The notes under the pieces: model-generated
What the model was told of the DNA's origin: nothing
The model's database searches: none
Seen by the model: only the letters and a program-made list of their open reading frames with translations
NCBI GenBank assembly: GCA_002708085.1
Contig: PAOU01000011.1
Location: 55,556 to 119,555 of the forward strand
DNA: 64,000 bases
Origin: Dehalococcoidia bacterium
Lineage (GTDB): Bacteria; Chloroflexota; Dehalococcoidia; Lucifugimonadales; Lucifugimonadaceae
Direction: 5' to 3'
Shown here: piece by piece, positions 19,119 to 28,008 of the stretch
How the letters are laid out: every line of letters begins with the position of its first letter
Numbering within the stretch: the first letter of the stretch is position 1
Position numbers and translations under genes: made by a program

Positions 19119-20354
19119 TCAAGACCTAAGAATTTTTTTTACAGTTTCAATACTTTGAAGAGAAAAAATTAATGGAAGTGCGATAGCTACTGTGATGCCT
19201 AAAAACAAAAAAGGAAATCTATAACTTCCAGTGATGTCAAAAGATAAACCAACGAAAATTGGCCCTATAGCAGCTGAAATAGCGCTAATTGTACTTGTTA
19301 ATCCAACAATAGTTCCATAATTTTTTCTTCCAAAATAATCTCCTAACATAGATAATCTTAAAGGAATAGATGATCCAAATCCTAAGCCCCAACAAATTGC
19401 AAAAACAGGCACAAGATATTTACTTTCAAGTACAAAGTTGCCAATTTTAAGATTTACGAAAGCAAGTGAAAAAGCACCTATAGTTAATAATGAGAAAGAT
19501 AATATCAACATTGTTTTTGAAGAAATTTTTTCTCCTATCACTCCAATCGATAATCTTCCAATTAAATCCCCAAGAGCTAAACCTGCTATAGATAACCCTG
19601 CAATATAAATTGGTACTCCGAAATTTGTTAATGCTGGCATATGTAATAAATTTGTTGAACTTACAAGTTGTGCGAAAGCTAAAATTATAGAAAATTGCCA
19701 AAAGAATCTTGTTTTTAATATTTGTTTTAATGAAAATTCATTTTTATTTTTTAAGCTCTTTGCTTTTTCTTCTTTATCTTCAACTAATTTATCTCCATCA
19801 GGAGATAGGCCATATTGTTCAGGGTGATGTCTCATAAAACTAGCAGAAATAAAGCCTATTAACCAGAAACCAATTCCTACTCCAAAAATCACATCTCTCC
19901 ATCCAAAATTTTCTATTGATGTAACTAATATTGGAACAGCAAATCCTCCTGCTCCTGAAGCCGACATTAGAATAGATAATGCTAATTTTCTTTTACGATT
20001 GAACCAATCTCCAACTGTAGCTACTAAGACAATGAAAGTTCCAAAAGACATGCCTATTGATAACAAACTTATAATGGCATAAAAATGCCATAATGTTGTC
20101 ATTTTACTCATAAGAATAAAACTTAAACCTGTCACAAATACACCGAAAAACATTACTTTCCGAGGTCCAAATTTTTCTAGTAGAATACCAACAAAAGGTG
20201 ATATCATACCACCTTCAGATCTTTGTAAAGATAAAGCTCCTGCAGTTGCAGCTCTACTCCATCCAAAAGTTTCTACAATGGGGTCAAAGAAGGCTGTAAA
20301 TCCTCTCCAAAATACTAACGATGTATAGCCTTGAATTGCAGATCCTGCGCCCAC
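19119..20354 (-). CDS. MFS transporter (oxalate/formate-antiporter-like subfamily); true start probably upstream of 20354
   Basis: About 12 TM. The GTG at 20352-20354 is the first canonical start, but the frame stays open upstream to 20438 and encodes ...KSGIFYGWWIV, which looks like the beginning of TM1. Confidence 0.7.
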   Translation of the reverse strand: MGAGSAIQGYTSLVFWRGFTAFFDPIVETFGWSRAATAGALSLQRSEGGMISPFVGILLEKFGPRKVMFFGVFVTGLSFILMSKMTTLWHFYAIISLLSIGMSFGTFIVLVATVGDWFNRKRKLALSILMSASGAGGFAVPILVTSIENFGWRDVIFGVGIGFWLIGFISASFMRHHPEQYGLSPDGDKLVEDKEEKAKSLKNKNEFSLKQILKTRFFWQFSIILAFAQLVSSTNLLHMPALTNFGVPIYIAGLSIAGLALGDLIGRLSIGVIGEKISSKTMLILSFSLLTIGAFSLAFVNLKIGNFVLESKYLVPVFAICWGLGFGSSIPLRLSMLGDYFGRKNYGTIVGLTSTISAISAAIGPIFVGLSFDITGSYRFPFLFLGITVAIALPLIFSLQSIETVKKILRS

Positions 20355-20427
20355 AATCCACCAACCGTAGAATATACCTGATTTATGATTCTGTTGTTTT
20401 GTTTCTTTATTTATGATTGTTTTAATC

Positions 20428-21192
20428 TTATAAACCCATTATTCCGTATCCGGCATCTACTGGAATTATTGCACCTGTAATCCCACTAGAAAGATCACTT
20501 AATAGAAATAAAGAAGTATTTGCTACTTCTTCATGAGAAACATTTCTTTTAAGAGGTGACTTACTAGCATGTATGGTTCTCATGTCATTAAATCCTGGAA
20601 TACTTCTTGCAGCTAAGGTAGGTAGGGGTCCTGCTGAAACTGCATTTACTCTGATATTTTTACTTCCGTACTCATAAGCTAGCTGTTTCACTGAGTTTTC
20701 TAATGCTGCTTTTGCTGTGCCCATAATATTGTATCCTGGGTAGACTTTATTGGATGCTTCAAAAGTCATTGTTATAATTGATCCTCCATTTTTATTAACA
20801 TGAGGAGCTGCATGTTTAACTATTGGAATTAATGTGTATGCACTTACTTCAAGAGCAGTTCTAAAACCATCTAGACTCGTTTCAGAGAAATTGCCTCCGA
20901 GATCTTCTCTTTGAGCAAAAGCTATACTATGGACAACAAAATCAATAGGTCCTGATTCAGAAACTTTTTGAAAGACTTCCTCAATTTGATTTTCATTCAA
21001 TGCATCACATTCAACTAATTCTATAGGGTTCATATCTTTTACTGCTTTAGAAACAGGATCTTTCAATCTTTCATTTTGATATGTAAATGCTAACTGAGCT
21101 CCGTTATCACTTAAAGATTTTGAAATAGCCCATGCTATACTTCTGGGATTTGCCACTCCAAATATTATTCCTCTTTTATTTGTAAAATCCAT
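20428..21192 (-). CDS. fabI: Enoyl-[acyl-carrier-protein] reductase (NADH)
   Basis: GIIFGVANPRSIAWAI, YNIMGTAKAALE, IRVNAVSAGPLPTLAA motifs. Start placed at ATG 21192 (SD AAAGGAG 5 nt upstream) rather than the track's 21255, which would overlap the upstream gene. Confidence 0.85.
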   Translation of the reverse strand: MDFTNKRGIIFGVANPRSIAWAISKSLSDNGAQLAFTYQNERLKDPVSKAVKDMNPIELVECDALNENQIEEVFQKVSESGPIDFVVHSIAFAQREDLGGNFSETSLDGFRTALEVSAYTLIPIVKHAAPHVNKNGGSIITMTFEASNKVYPGYNIMGTAKAALENSVKQLAYEYGSKNIRVNAVSAGPLPTLAARSIPGFNDMRTIHASKSPLKRNVSHEEVANTSLFLLSDLSSGITGAIIPVDAGYGIMGL

Positions 21193-21203
21193 TATTACTC
21201 CTT

Positions 21204-22367
21204 TTACCAGTTTGTTATTGATCCATCTGTTCTCTGAAGATGTGTGGCTTCCCACTGTTTGAATTCTAGTTCTTTAATAATATCTTCATTTACATCTACA
21301 CCTAGTCCAGGAGTAGAAGGTACTGGATACATTGCTCCTTCAAGTTTAACTTGTTGGGTAAAGATATCATCGTTATCACTTCCAAGTTTTTCACTAGGTG
21401 TGTTCCTTGCTTCCAACCAAGAGAAATTAGGAATTGCTGCACCTAAATGAACTGAGGCTGCAGTGCAAATAGGACCTAAAGGATTATGTGGCATTAAATC
21501 TATATAATGTGTTTCACACCATCCAGCAACTTTTAAAGCTTCTGTGAACCCTCCAACATTACAGATATCAAGTCTAGCAAATTGAGTTATATCATTTTCT
21601 ATATAAGGTAAAAATTGCCATTTTGAAGCAAACTCTTCTCCAATTGCAAAAGGGATAGATGTCATTCTTCTAAGTGATTGATAAGATGTAGGATTTTCAT
21701 CTCTTATTGGTTCTTCGAGAAAATCTATGGTTCCAGGGGGCATTTTGTTACAAAAAGAAGCAGCTTCGGCTACGTTAAGCCTATGATGCATATCAACTCC
21801 TAAGACTATTTCATTTCCTAATTCTGCTCTTGCTTTTGTTAACCATTCAGCAGTTTCAGATAAGGCTTCTCTTGGCTCATAGATTATTTCTGAATGATCT
21901 GGTTTTTGAGATGGAGATAGTCTGATGCACTTCCAATTCTTTTCGATTAACTCTTTCGCCAAGTCAATCATTTTTTCTCCGGGAGGAGAAGCAGTAGATG
22001 CAAATGCAGGCACAAAATCTCTTTGTTTACCTCCTATCAATTCATAAACAGGAACATTTAAAGCTTTTGCTTTAATGTCATGAAGTGCAATATCTATTGC
22101 TGACATGGCAGCAGTTAGAACTCTACCACCTTCAAAATATTGACTTAGGTAAATTTCTTGCCATATTCTTACTATTTTGAAGGGATCTTGGCCTTTAAGG
22201 AAGTTTTCGAAATGTAATAATGCTGATTTTACAGCTAACTCTCTACTGGATAATCCTGATTCTCCCCAACCATAGATGTCTTTATCTGTTTCTATTTTTA
22301 CTAAGAGTTGATTTCGATTTCCTATCCATACAGGATATGCTTTAATAGCTTTAATTTTTAAGTCCAT
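21204..22367 (-). CDS. Enolase-superfamily acid-sugar dehydratase, D-galactonate/D-mannonate dehydratase-like
   Basis: 387 aa. Architecture and motifs parallel DgoD (IETDKDIYGWGES, metal ligands in GVDMHHR / FLEEP / AIGEEF, HNPLGP, C-terminal ...DGSITNW). Specificity cannot be read from sequence. Confidence 0.7.
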   Translation of the reverse strand: MDLKIKAIKAYPVWIGNRNQLLVKIETDKDIYGWGESGLSSRELAVKSALLHFENFLKGQDPFKIVRIWQEIYLSQYFEGGRVLTAAMSAIDIALHDIKAKALNVPVYELIGGKQRDFVPAFASTASPPGEKMIDLAKELIEKNWKCIRLSPSQKPDHSEIIYEPREALSETAEWLTKARAELGNEIVLGVDMHHRLNVAEAASFCNKMPPGTIDFLEEPIRDENPTSYQSLRRMTSIPFAIGEEFASKWQFLPYIENDITQFARLDICNVGGFTEALKVAGWCETHYIDLMPHNPLGPICTAASVHLGAAIPNFSWLEARNTPSEKLGSDNDDIFTQQVKLEGAMYPVPSTPGLGVDVNEDIIKELEFKQWEATHLQRTDGSITNW

Positions 22368-22496
22368 TTTTCCCTTGTTACTTTTTGATAGTTTTGAATT
22401 GTAATTTTAATATACACCATTTTAATTTAATACAGGATTTAAGGTAAAATTTAAGATACTTTTTATTTAAAAGTCTTAGGAAATGATTTAATTAAA

Positions 22497-22585
22497 TGGC
22501 GGACGGAGAGGGATTCGAACCCCCGGTACGCATAACGCACAACGGTTTTCAAGACCGCCGCCTTAAACCACTCAGCCATCCGTCC
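22497..22585 (-). tRNA. tRNA-Ser (anticodon UGA), long variable arm, CCA encoded
   Basis: Reverse complement GGACGGA..anticodon arm GCGGT-CTTGAAA-ACCGT..long variable arm..GGTTCGAATCC T-loop..TCCGTCC-G-CCA. Confidence 0.9.
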
Positions 22586-22721
22586 GTTAGATTAATTAAC
22601 TAGAAGATTATATTTTCACTATGGATAATTGTCTAATATAAATATTATATTACTAATAGATTTAAATAATGTGTTCATAATTTATTATTGAAATGAGATA
22701 TAACAAATAGAGAAATAAAAA

Positions 22722-23411
22722 ATGAAAGCTTTGATTTTAGTTGGTGGACAAGGGAAGAGATTATGGCCAAAAACAGAGATAATTCCTAAGCCCATGGTTA
22801 AAATTTTTGATAAACCACTTGTCTATTATCAGATTGAATGGTTAAAAAAATATGGATTAGAAGAGATCATATTTTTAACAGGCTATAAACCTAATTCTTT
22901 TAGGAAATATTTTGGCAATGTAGATTCTGACGGAGTAATAATTAAATATTCTCATGAAAAATATCCTCTAGGTAGAGGGGGCGCAATAAAAAATGCTATA
23001 GATAAATTTAATTTATATAAAGAAAACTTGGTAATTACTAATGGAGATGTGTTAACAGATTTCTCTTTGGATAAAATGATGGAATTTCATCTTAATAATC
23101 ATGTTTTAGTAACTTTAATGTCAGTTCCATATAAATCTCAATTTGGAATAGTGAAGATTGATGAGAATGATAATGTTTTAGAATTTTCTGAGAAAGCGAA
23201 ATTACCATTTTGGATTAATGGAGGTATTTATATCTCTAGCCCTGATTTTTATAATTATTTACCTGAAAAAGGTGATCATGAAGTAGAAACTTTTCCAGAA
23301 TTAACTAAATTAAATCAATTAAAAGCATTTAAAACAAATGAAAATTGGATTTCTATTGATACGATGAAAGATTTAGATGATGGAGAAGAATTTATAAAAA
23401 CTTATTTTTAG
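22722..23411 (+). CDS. Sugar-phosphate nucleotidyltransferase (NTP_transferase family)
   Basis: N-terminal ALILVGGQGKRLWP signature of sugar-1-phosphate nucleotidylyltransferases. 229 aa, no C-terminal LbH domain. Confidence 0.7.
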   Translation: MKALILVGGQGKRLWPKTEIIPKPMVKIFDKPLVYYQIEWLKKYGLEEIIFLTGYKPNSFRKYFGNVDSDGVIIKYSHEKYPLGRGGAIKNAIDKFNLYKENLVITNGDVLTDFSLDKMMEFHLNNHVLVTLMSVPYKSQFGIVKIDENDNVLEFSEKAKLPFWINGGIYISSPDFYNYLPEKGDHEVETFPELTKLNQLKAFKTNENWISIDTMKDLDDGEEFIKTYF

Positions 23412-26144
23412 TTACTTTAATTCTCCCCAGGATTTTGCAATATTGATATCAATAGTTAAAGGTACTTTAAGATTTAAAGAATTTGGCATAATTTTTGTCA
23501 GAATTTCCTGTAAATCATTTAATTCATTTTTGGGAACTTCAAAAATCAACTCATCATGCACTTGAATAATCATTTTTGAAAGTAAATTTAAACTTCGAAT
23601 TTCATGATCTATTTTTATCATTGCAATCTTAATTATATCAGCAGAACTCCCTTGAATTGGCATATTTACGGCCATTCTTTCTGATGATGAACGAGAATGG
23701 AAATTAGGGGAATTTATCTCAGGAAGAAGCCTTTTTCTTCCTGTAATAGTTTCTACAAATTTATTTATTTTTGCGAATTTTATTACACTATCGATATAAT
23801 TTTTTATACCAGGATATTTGCCAAAGTACAATTCTATAAACTTTCTTCCATCCTCTCTAGATAAATCTGTTTGTCTAGAGACTCCGTGAGGGCTTAATCC
23901 ATAGATTACTCCGAAGTTGAGAATTTTAGCTATCCTTCTTTGATCTTTGGAAACTGTTTCTGTTTCGTACATAATTTTGGCAGTAGCATCATGTATATCT
24001 TCATTATTTCTAAATGCTTGGAGTAGACTAGGTTCTTCTGATAAATGAGCAAGGATTTTTAGTTCTATTTGAGAATAATCTGCTGATAAAAGATAATTTT
24101 CTTTATTGTTTGATTCAAATGCTTTGCGAACCTCATTGCCAATTTCAGTTCTTACAGGAATATTTTGCAAATTCGGATCTCTGCTAGATAAACGACCAGT
24201 TGAGGTTCCAGCTTGATTAAAGTAAGTATGAATTTTTCCTGTATTTTTGTTTATCAATTCTGGCAGACTATCAGCATAAGTTGATTTGATTTTTGAAAAT
24301 TCTCTATGAGCTAAAACAATTTTTATTAGTTTACTAGCATTTTCTTCAAGAGATTCATTTTTTAACAAATCTTCAAGGGTATTGGCATCCATAGTGTAGC
24401 CAGTCTTAGTTTTTTTAGTAGCGGGCACTCCCAGTTCACCTATAAGAACTTTAGCTAATTGTTGGCTTGATCTAAGATTCACCTCTTCTTCCCCCAATAT
24501 TGTTTTAGCTTTTTGTTCTAAAATATTAATTTTCTCATTTAATATTTCTGACAAGGTTTCTAGTTTTTTTATATTTATTGAAACACCCGTTTGTTGCATT
24601 TTTACTATCACTGGGATTAAAGGCATTTCAATATTTTCCATGACATCTAATAAACCACTTTTTTCTAATTCTTTTTCGAAAATATTTTTTAACCTAAAAG
24701 TGATATCTGAGTCAGCACAAGAGTAAAGAGTTGCATCTTGAATTGAAACACTAGAAAAAGAGATTTGTTCTTTTCCTTTTCCAATTAAATTTTCTATAGG
24801 AATCATTTCTTGATTGAATTCTTCCAGGCAAAGATTTTTTAAACTAAGAGATCTTTTCCCTAGTAAATTTGCAGCTATCATAGTATCAAATGTAACTTTA
24901 TTCACTTGAAAGTCATTATTAAATAGTACTGACATATCGAAATTAGAATTGTGAGCAATTTTTTCAATTGTTGAATCTTCAAAAATTTCTTTAATTAATT
25001 GCAACCCTTCAGAAGAAATATTATTTCCTCTATCATGATTGATAGGTATATACCAACCTGAATTTGGTTTTACTGAGATAGAGATTCCTACAAGATTTGA
25101 GTCAAAAGGTTTTAGTGATGATGTTTCTGTATCAAAACTGAAAACGCCTTCTTTTTTTATAGTTTCAATCATTGAATTTAACTTAATATCTGAGTCTATA
25201 GTTATATATTCAAGTGTGTGTTTAATTGAATTTTTACCTGAAGGGATTCTAGTTACCAGAGACATTAATTCTAACTCACTTAGTTCTTTAATTACCTCTT
25301 CTTTATTAAAAGATCCAAATTTTGATTTCGATAGTTCTAAATTAATTGGAACTTTTCGGAAAATTGTAGCTAGTTCTCGAGATTTATATGCTTCTTCTCT
25401 ATACTCAATGAGTAAAGATTGAATTCTTTTAGCCCCTCGAATATTTAATTCAATAATTTTTTCTATATTTTCATATATATCTTCTAGGTTTTTGTACTTC
25501 TTTAATAGTGTGTTTGCCACTTTCTTTCCTATACCTGGAATACCTTTTATGTTGTCAGAGGCATCTCCTGAAAGCCCTTTATAATCTGGAATACTTAAAG
25601 GCACTAAACCTTCAAAATCTTTCTCTTGAGTGAATGTAACATTATCTATTATTCTATCTCTTGATCTGGGGTTTGGGCTAGAATACCAAATATTAGTTTT
25701 ATCAGTGATTAATTGAAATAAATCTTTATCTCCAGTAACTATCAAATTCTCAAAATCATGTTCTACACTCATTAAAGTTATAGTTCCTATCAAATCATCA
25801 GCTTCATATCTTTCTACTGAAAAGATTGGAATTTTCATCGATGTGAGAATTTTTTCTAATAAAGGAGTTTGTTTGATTATTTCAGGAGGAGTTGAATCAC
25901 GGTTTGCCTTATATTCTGGATATAATTCATGTCTGAATGTTGGTCCTTTGGGATCAAGGGTTACAATCAAGTGACTTGGATTATGATCAGAAATAAGTTT
26001 GAAGAGACTCGATAAAAACCCATATACTATCGAGGTGCCAACTCCTTTTGAGGAAAGTCGCTCAGGTATTGAATACCATGCTCTGAATATCATTGCATGA
26101 CCATCAATTAATAATAATTTCTTTTTAAAATCTTTAGTTTCCAT
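23412..26144 (-). CDS. polA: DNA polymerase I
   Basis: 910 aa. 5' nuclease domain, 3'-5' exonuclease motif FDTETSSL, polymerase motifs DYSQIELKILAHLS and QVHDELIFE. Confidence 0.95.
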   Translation of the reverse strand: METKDFKKKLLLIDGHAMIFRAWYSIPERLSSKGVGTSIVYGFLSSLFKLISDHNPSHLIVTLDPKGPTFRHELYPEYKANRDSTPPEIIKQTPLLEKILTSMKIPIFSVERYEADDLIGTITLMSVEHDFENLIVTGDKDLFQLITDKTNIWYSSPNPRSRDRIIDNVTFTQEKDFEGLVPLSIPDYKGLSGDASDNIKGIPGIGKKVANTLLKKYKNLEDIYENIEKIIELNIRGAKRIQSLLIEYREEAYKSRELATIFRKVPINLELSKSKFGSFNKEEVIKELSELELMSLVTRIPSGKNSIKHTLEYITIDSDIKLNSMIETIKKEGVFSFDTETSSLKPFDSNLVGISISVKPNSGWYIPINHDRGNNISSEGLQLIKEIFEDSTIEKIAHNSNFDMSVLFNNDFQVNKVTFDTMIAANLLGKRSLSLKNLCLEEFNQEMIPIENLIGKGKEQISFSSVSIQDATLYSCADSDITFRLKNIFEKELEKSGLLDVMENIEMPLIPVIVKMQQTGVSINIKKLETLSEILNEKINILEQKAKTILGEEEVNLRSSQQLAKVLIGELGVPATKKTKTGYTMDANTLEDLLKNESLEENASKLIKIVLAHREFSKIKSTYADSLPELINKNTGKIHTYFNQAGTSTGRLSSRDPNLQNIPVRTEIGNEVRKAFESNNKENYLLSADYSQIELKILAHLSEEPSLLQAFRNNEDIHDATAKIMYETETVSKDQRRIAKILNFGVIYGLSPHGVSRQTDLSREDGRKFIELYFGKYPGIKNYIDSVIKFAKINKFVETITGRKRLLPEINSPNFHSRSSSERMAVNMPIQGSSADIIKIAMIKIDHEIRSLNLLSKMIIQVHDELIFEVPKNELNDLQEILTKIMPNSLNLKVPLTIDINIAKSWGELK

Positions 26145-26149
26145 AGTTC

Positions 26150-26174
26150 ATAATTCTTTTGATATAAGAATTAT
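26150..26174. repeat. Perfect 9-bp inverted repeat with 7-nt spacer just upstream of polA
   Basis: ATAATTCTT (26150-26158) ttgatat AAGAATTAT (26166-26174). Only one G:C pair per stem, so a weak hairpin; could be an operator. Confidence 0.4.
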
Positions 26175-26201
26175 ACTATTTTAGAAACTTTTTAAAGAAA
26201 A

Positions 26202-26810
26202 TCAGTTTATTTCTACTTCACTTTCATCAAGCATTTCTATTCCTTTTCTGACCTGACCTAGCGTTGTAGAAATTCTTTCTTCAAGAGAAAATAAAACTTC
26301 ACGTGCATATGCATCTGCACCGTTTCTGGTTTTCATTGAATGATCTTGAGCTTCGTTTAAAATATTTGTAGCCTTTCTTTCAGTATCTTGTTTTGATAAT
26401 TCTGCTTTTTCTTCTATAGATTTTGATTCTTCTTCCGAATTTAATATAATCTTTTCAGATTGTTCATAGGCCTTTTTAACAATTTCTTCTTTTTGAACTA
26501 ATTTTTCAGCTTGTTCATTTGCTTTAATAATCATTTCTTCTGATTTTTCTTCAGCATTTTTTCTGATTTTTTCAGCTTCTGAATCAGCATAAATTCTTTT
26601 TTTACTAGCTTCTTCTTCTGCTTGTTCAATAATAGATTCTTTTTGTCTCACAATTATTTCAGATTCATCTAATGAATTCGGAATAATTGAATGAATTGAT
26701 TTAATTATTTCAACACATTCTTCAATATTTATTAAAGATCTATTAGTACCTTTAACTTTGTGAGAAATTAAATAGTTTTGTAATCTATCTAAATTTTCTT
26801 TTACAGTCAT
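26202..26810 (-). CDS. Hypothetical coiled-coil protein (Glu/Lys-rich, ATP-synthase-b/E-like heptads)
   Basis: 202 aa. Central region EQAEEEASKKRIYADSEAEKIRKNAEEKSEEMIIKANEQAEKLVQKEE... No TM and no enzymatic motif recognised. Confidence 0.45.
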   Translation of the reverse strand: MTVKENLDRLQNYLISHKVKGTNRSLINIEECVEIIKSIHSIIPNSLDESEIIVRQKESIIEQAEEEASKKRIYADSEAEKIRKNAEEKSEEMIIKANEQAEKLVQKEEIVKKAYEQSEKIILNSEEESKSIEEKAELSKQDTERKATNILNEAQDHSMKTRNGADAYAREVLFSLEERISTTLGQVRKGIEMLDESEVEIN

Positions 26811-26828
26811 ATGACCCCCTTATTTTTT

Positions 26829-27311
26829 TTAAATATCTGTTAGTTTTTTATTAATTGATTGTTTGACTTTTTCAGTTACTAAACTGCTTACATCTCCACC
26901 TAACATACTTATTTCTTTAACTCTACTTGAGCTTACAAATTGATTGTTAATACTGGAAATTAAGCATACAAGTTCGATATTCGGATTTATTTGTCTATTC
27001 ATTAGAGCCATCTCTCTTTCATATTCAAAATCATTTCCTATTCTTAATCCTCTTATAATTACAGATGCTCCTACTTTTTCAGCAAATTTTACAGTTAAAC
27101 CTGAATAAGGCATTATATTTACATTAGATATATTTTTTATTGAATCTTCAATAAGTTCTATTCTTTCTTTTGTATTAAACATTAAATTCTTACTAGATTC
27201 TTTATAAACTCCAACTGTAATTTTATTGAAAATTTCTGATCCTCTTTGAATAATGTCAATATGTCCTTTTGTTATTGGATCAAAAGTACCCGGGAAAATA
27301 GCTTTTACCAA
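26829..27311 (-). CDS. coaD: Phosphopantetheine adenylyltransferase
   Basis: IFPGTFDPITKGHIDII nucleotidyltransferase motif. 160 aa. TTG start. Confidence 0.9.
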   Translation of the reverse strand: MVKAIFPGTFDPITKGHIDIIQRGSEIFNKITVGVYKESSKNLMFNTKERIELIEDSIKNISNVNIMPYSGLTVKFAEKVGASVIIRGLRIGNDFEYEREMALMNRQINPNIELVCLISSINNQFVSSSRVKEISMLGGDVSSLVTEKVKQSINKKLTDI

Positions 27312-27827
27312 TTAAACCTCCTCTAATTTAAATAGAGTGATGGAAGTATCACCATAATTTTTTGATTTTATATTTGAAAGTTTTCCTATATTTTTTATGG
27401 GTTCTTGATTTTTAGAATGTTCATAAAAAATTAAAGATTGATCATGGAATAAATTATTTTTTTCTGCAAGACTTAATACTTCAGATATATTTTGATAATC
27501 ATAAGGAGGATCAGCAAATATAATATCGAATGGACCTTCTATCTTTTTTACAGCTCTAATGGCATCTAGACAAAATACTTTACTAGAGTTTTGATATTTT
27601 TTTTCTTCCAGTCTCTTTTTTAACATTTTGAAAGTTTTGATATTTTTTTCAACAAATACACTGAATTTTGCTCCTCTATTAAGACATTCAATACCTAGAT
27701 TTCCAGTTCCTGCATATAAATCTAGAATTTTTTGGTTTTTAACTCCTTCAGGACCTATTAGAGAAAAAATAGCTGATTTCACTTTTGATGTTGTAGGCCT
27801 TAAAGACTTATTTTTATTTTTAAAAAT
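27312..27827 (-). CDS. rsmD: 16S rRNA (guanine966-N2)-methyltransferase RsmD; 5' end unresolved (27782 GTG, 27827 ATT, or a frame change)
   Basis: ILDLYAGTGNLGIECLNRGA SAM motif and FADPPY catalytic motif. The conserved LRPTTSKVK motif lies in frame upstream of the first canonical start (GTG 27780-27782). Confidence 0.75.
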   Translation of the reverse strand: MFKNKNKSLRPTTSKVKSAIFSLIGPEGVKNQKILDLYAGTGNLGIECLNRGAKFSVFVEKNIKTFKMLKKRLEEKKYQNSSKVFCLDAIRAVKKIEGPFDIIFADPPYDYQNISEVLSLAEKNNLFHDQSLIFYEHSKNQEPIKNIGKLSNIKSKNYGDTSITLFKLEEV

Positions 27828-28008
27828 TGGTCACGCTCAAATATTTTCCAGTTATTTGTTATTCCTGTGTTACATTATTTATGTGAATTGATTGGTATTT
27901 CAATATAATAATTAAGCGAGTTTACATATTTTTAAGAATTCAGATATACAAAAAAGATTAAATTTAATTTAATTTTACAAATAAATAATGTTTTTTTTAT
28001 AAGGAAAA

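Noticed and set aside
19447-19701. Same-strand out-of-frame ORFs inside the MFS gene (19447-19701) and inside the 154-aa membrane-protein gene (47846-48037).
   Set aside because: They are nested in longer ORFs with coherent TM architecture. The products are Lys/Asn/Phe-rich with no motifs, so these are most likely chance ORFs.
21193-21255. 21-codon N-terminal extension of fabI suggested by the ORF track (MGSHTSSENRWINNKLVKGVI).
   Set aside because: It overlaps the 3' end of the upstream dehydratase gene. The ATG at 21192 has a well-spaced AAAGGAG, and the conserved FabI N-terminus begins right there.
22368-22721. tRNA-Ser flank as an integration site of a genomic island.
   Set aside because: There is no integrase or recombinase, no direct repeat of the tRNA 3' end, and no visible compositional shift on either side. 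Neighbouring genes are ordinary metabolic genes.
27825-27840. TGA recoding (genetic code 4 or 25, or selenocysteine) as an explanation for the closed rsmD 5' frame.
   Set aside because: Two in-frame TGAs occur within three codons. TGA also clearly terminates well-conserved genes here (tatC at 10590-10592, the Fe permease at 18008-18010, rplT at 44501-44503, the upstream ABC exporter at 63666-63668). The standard code fits.
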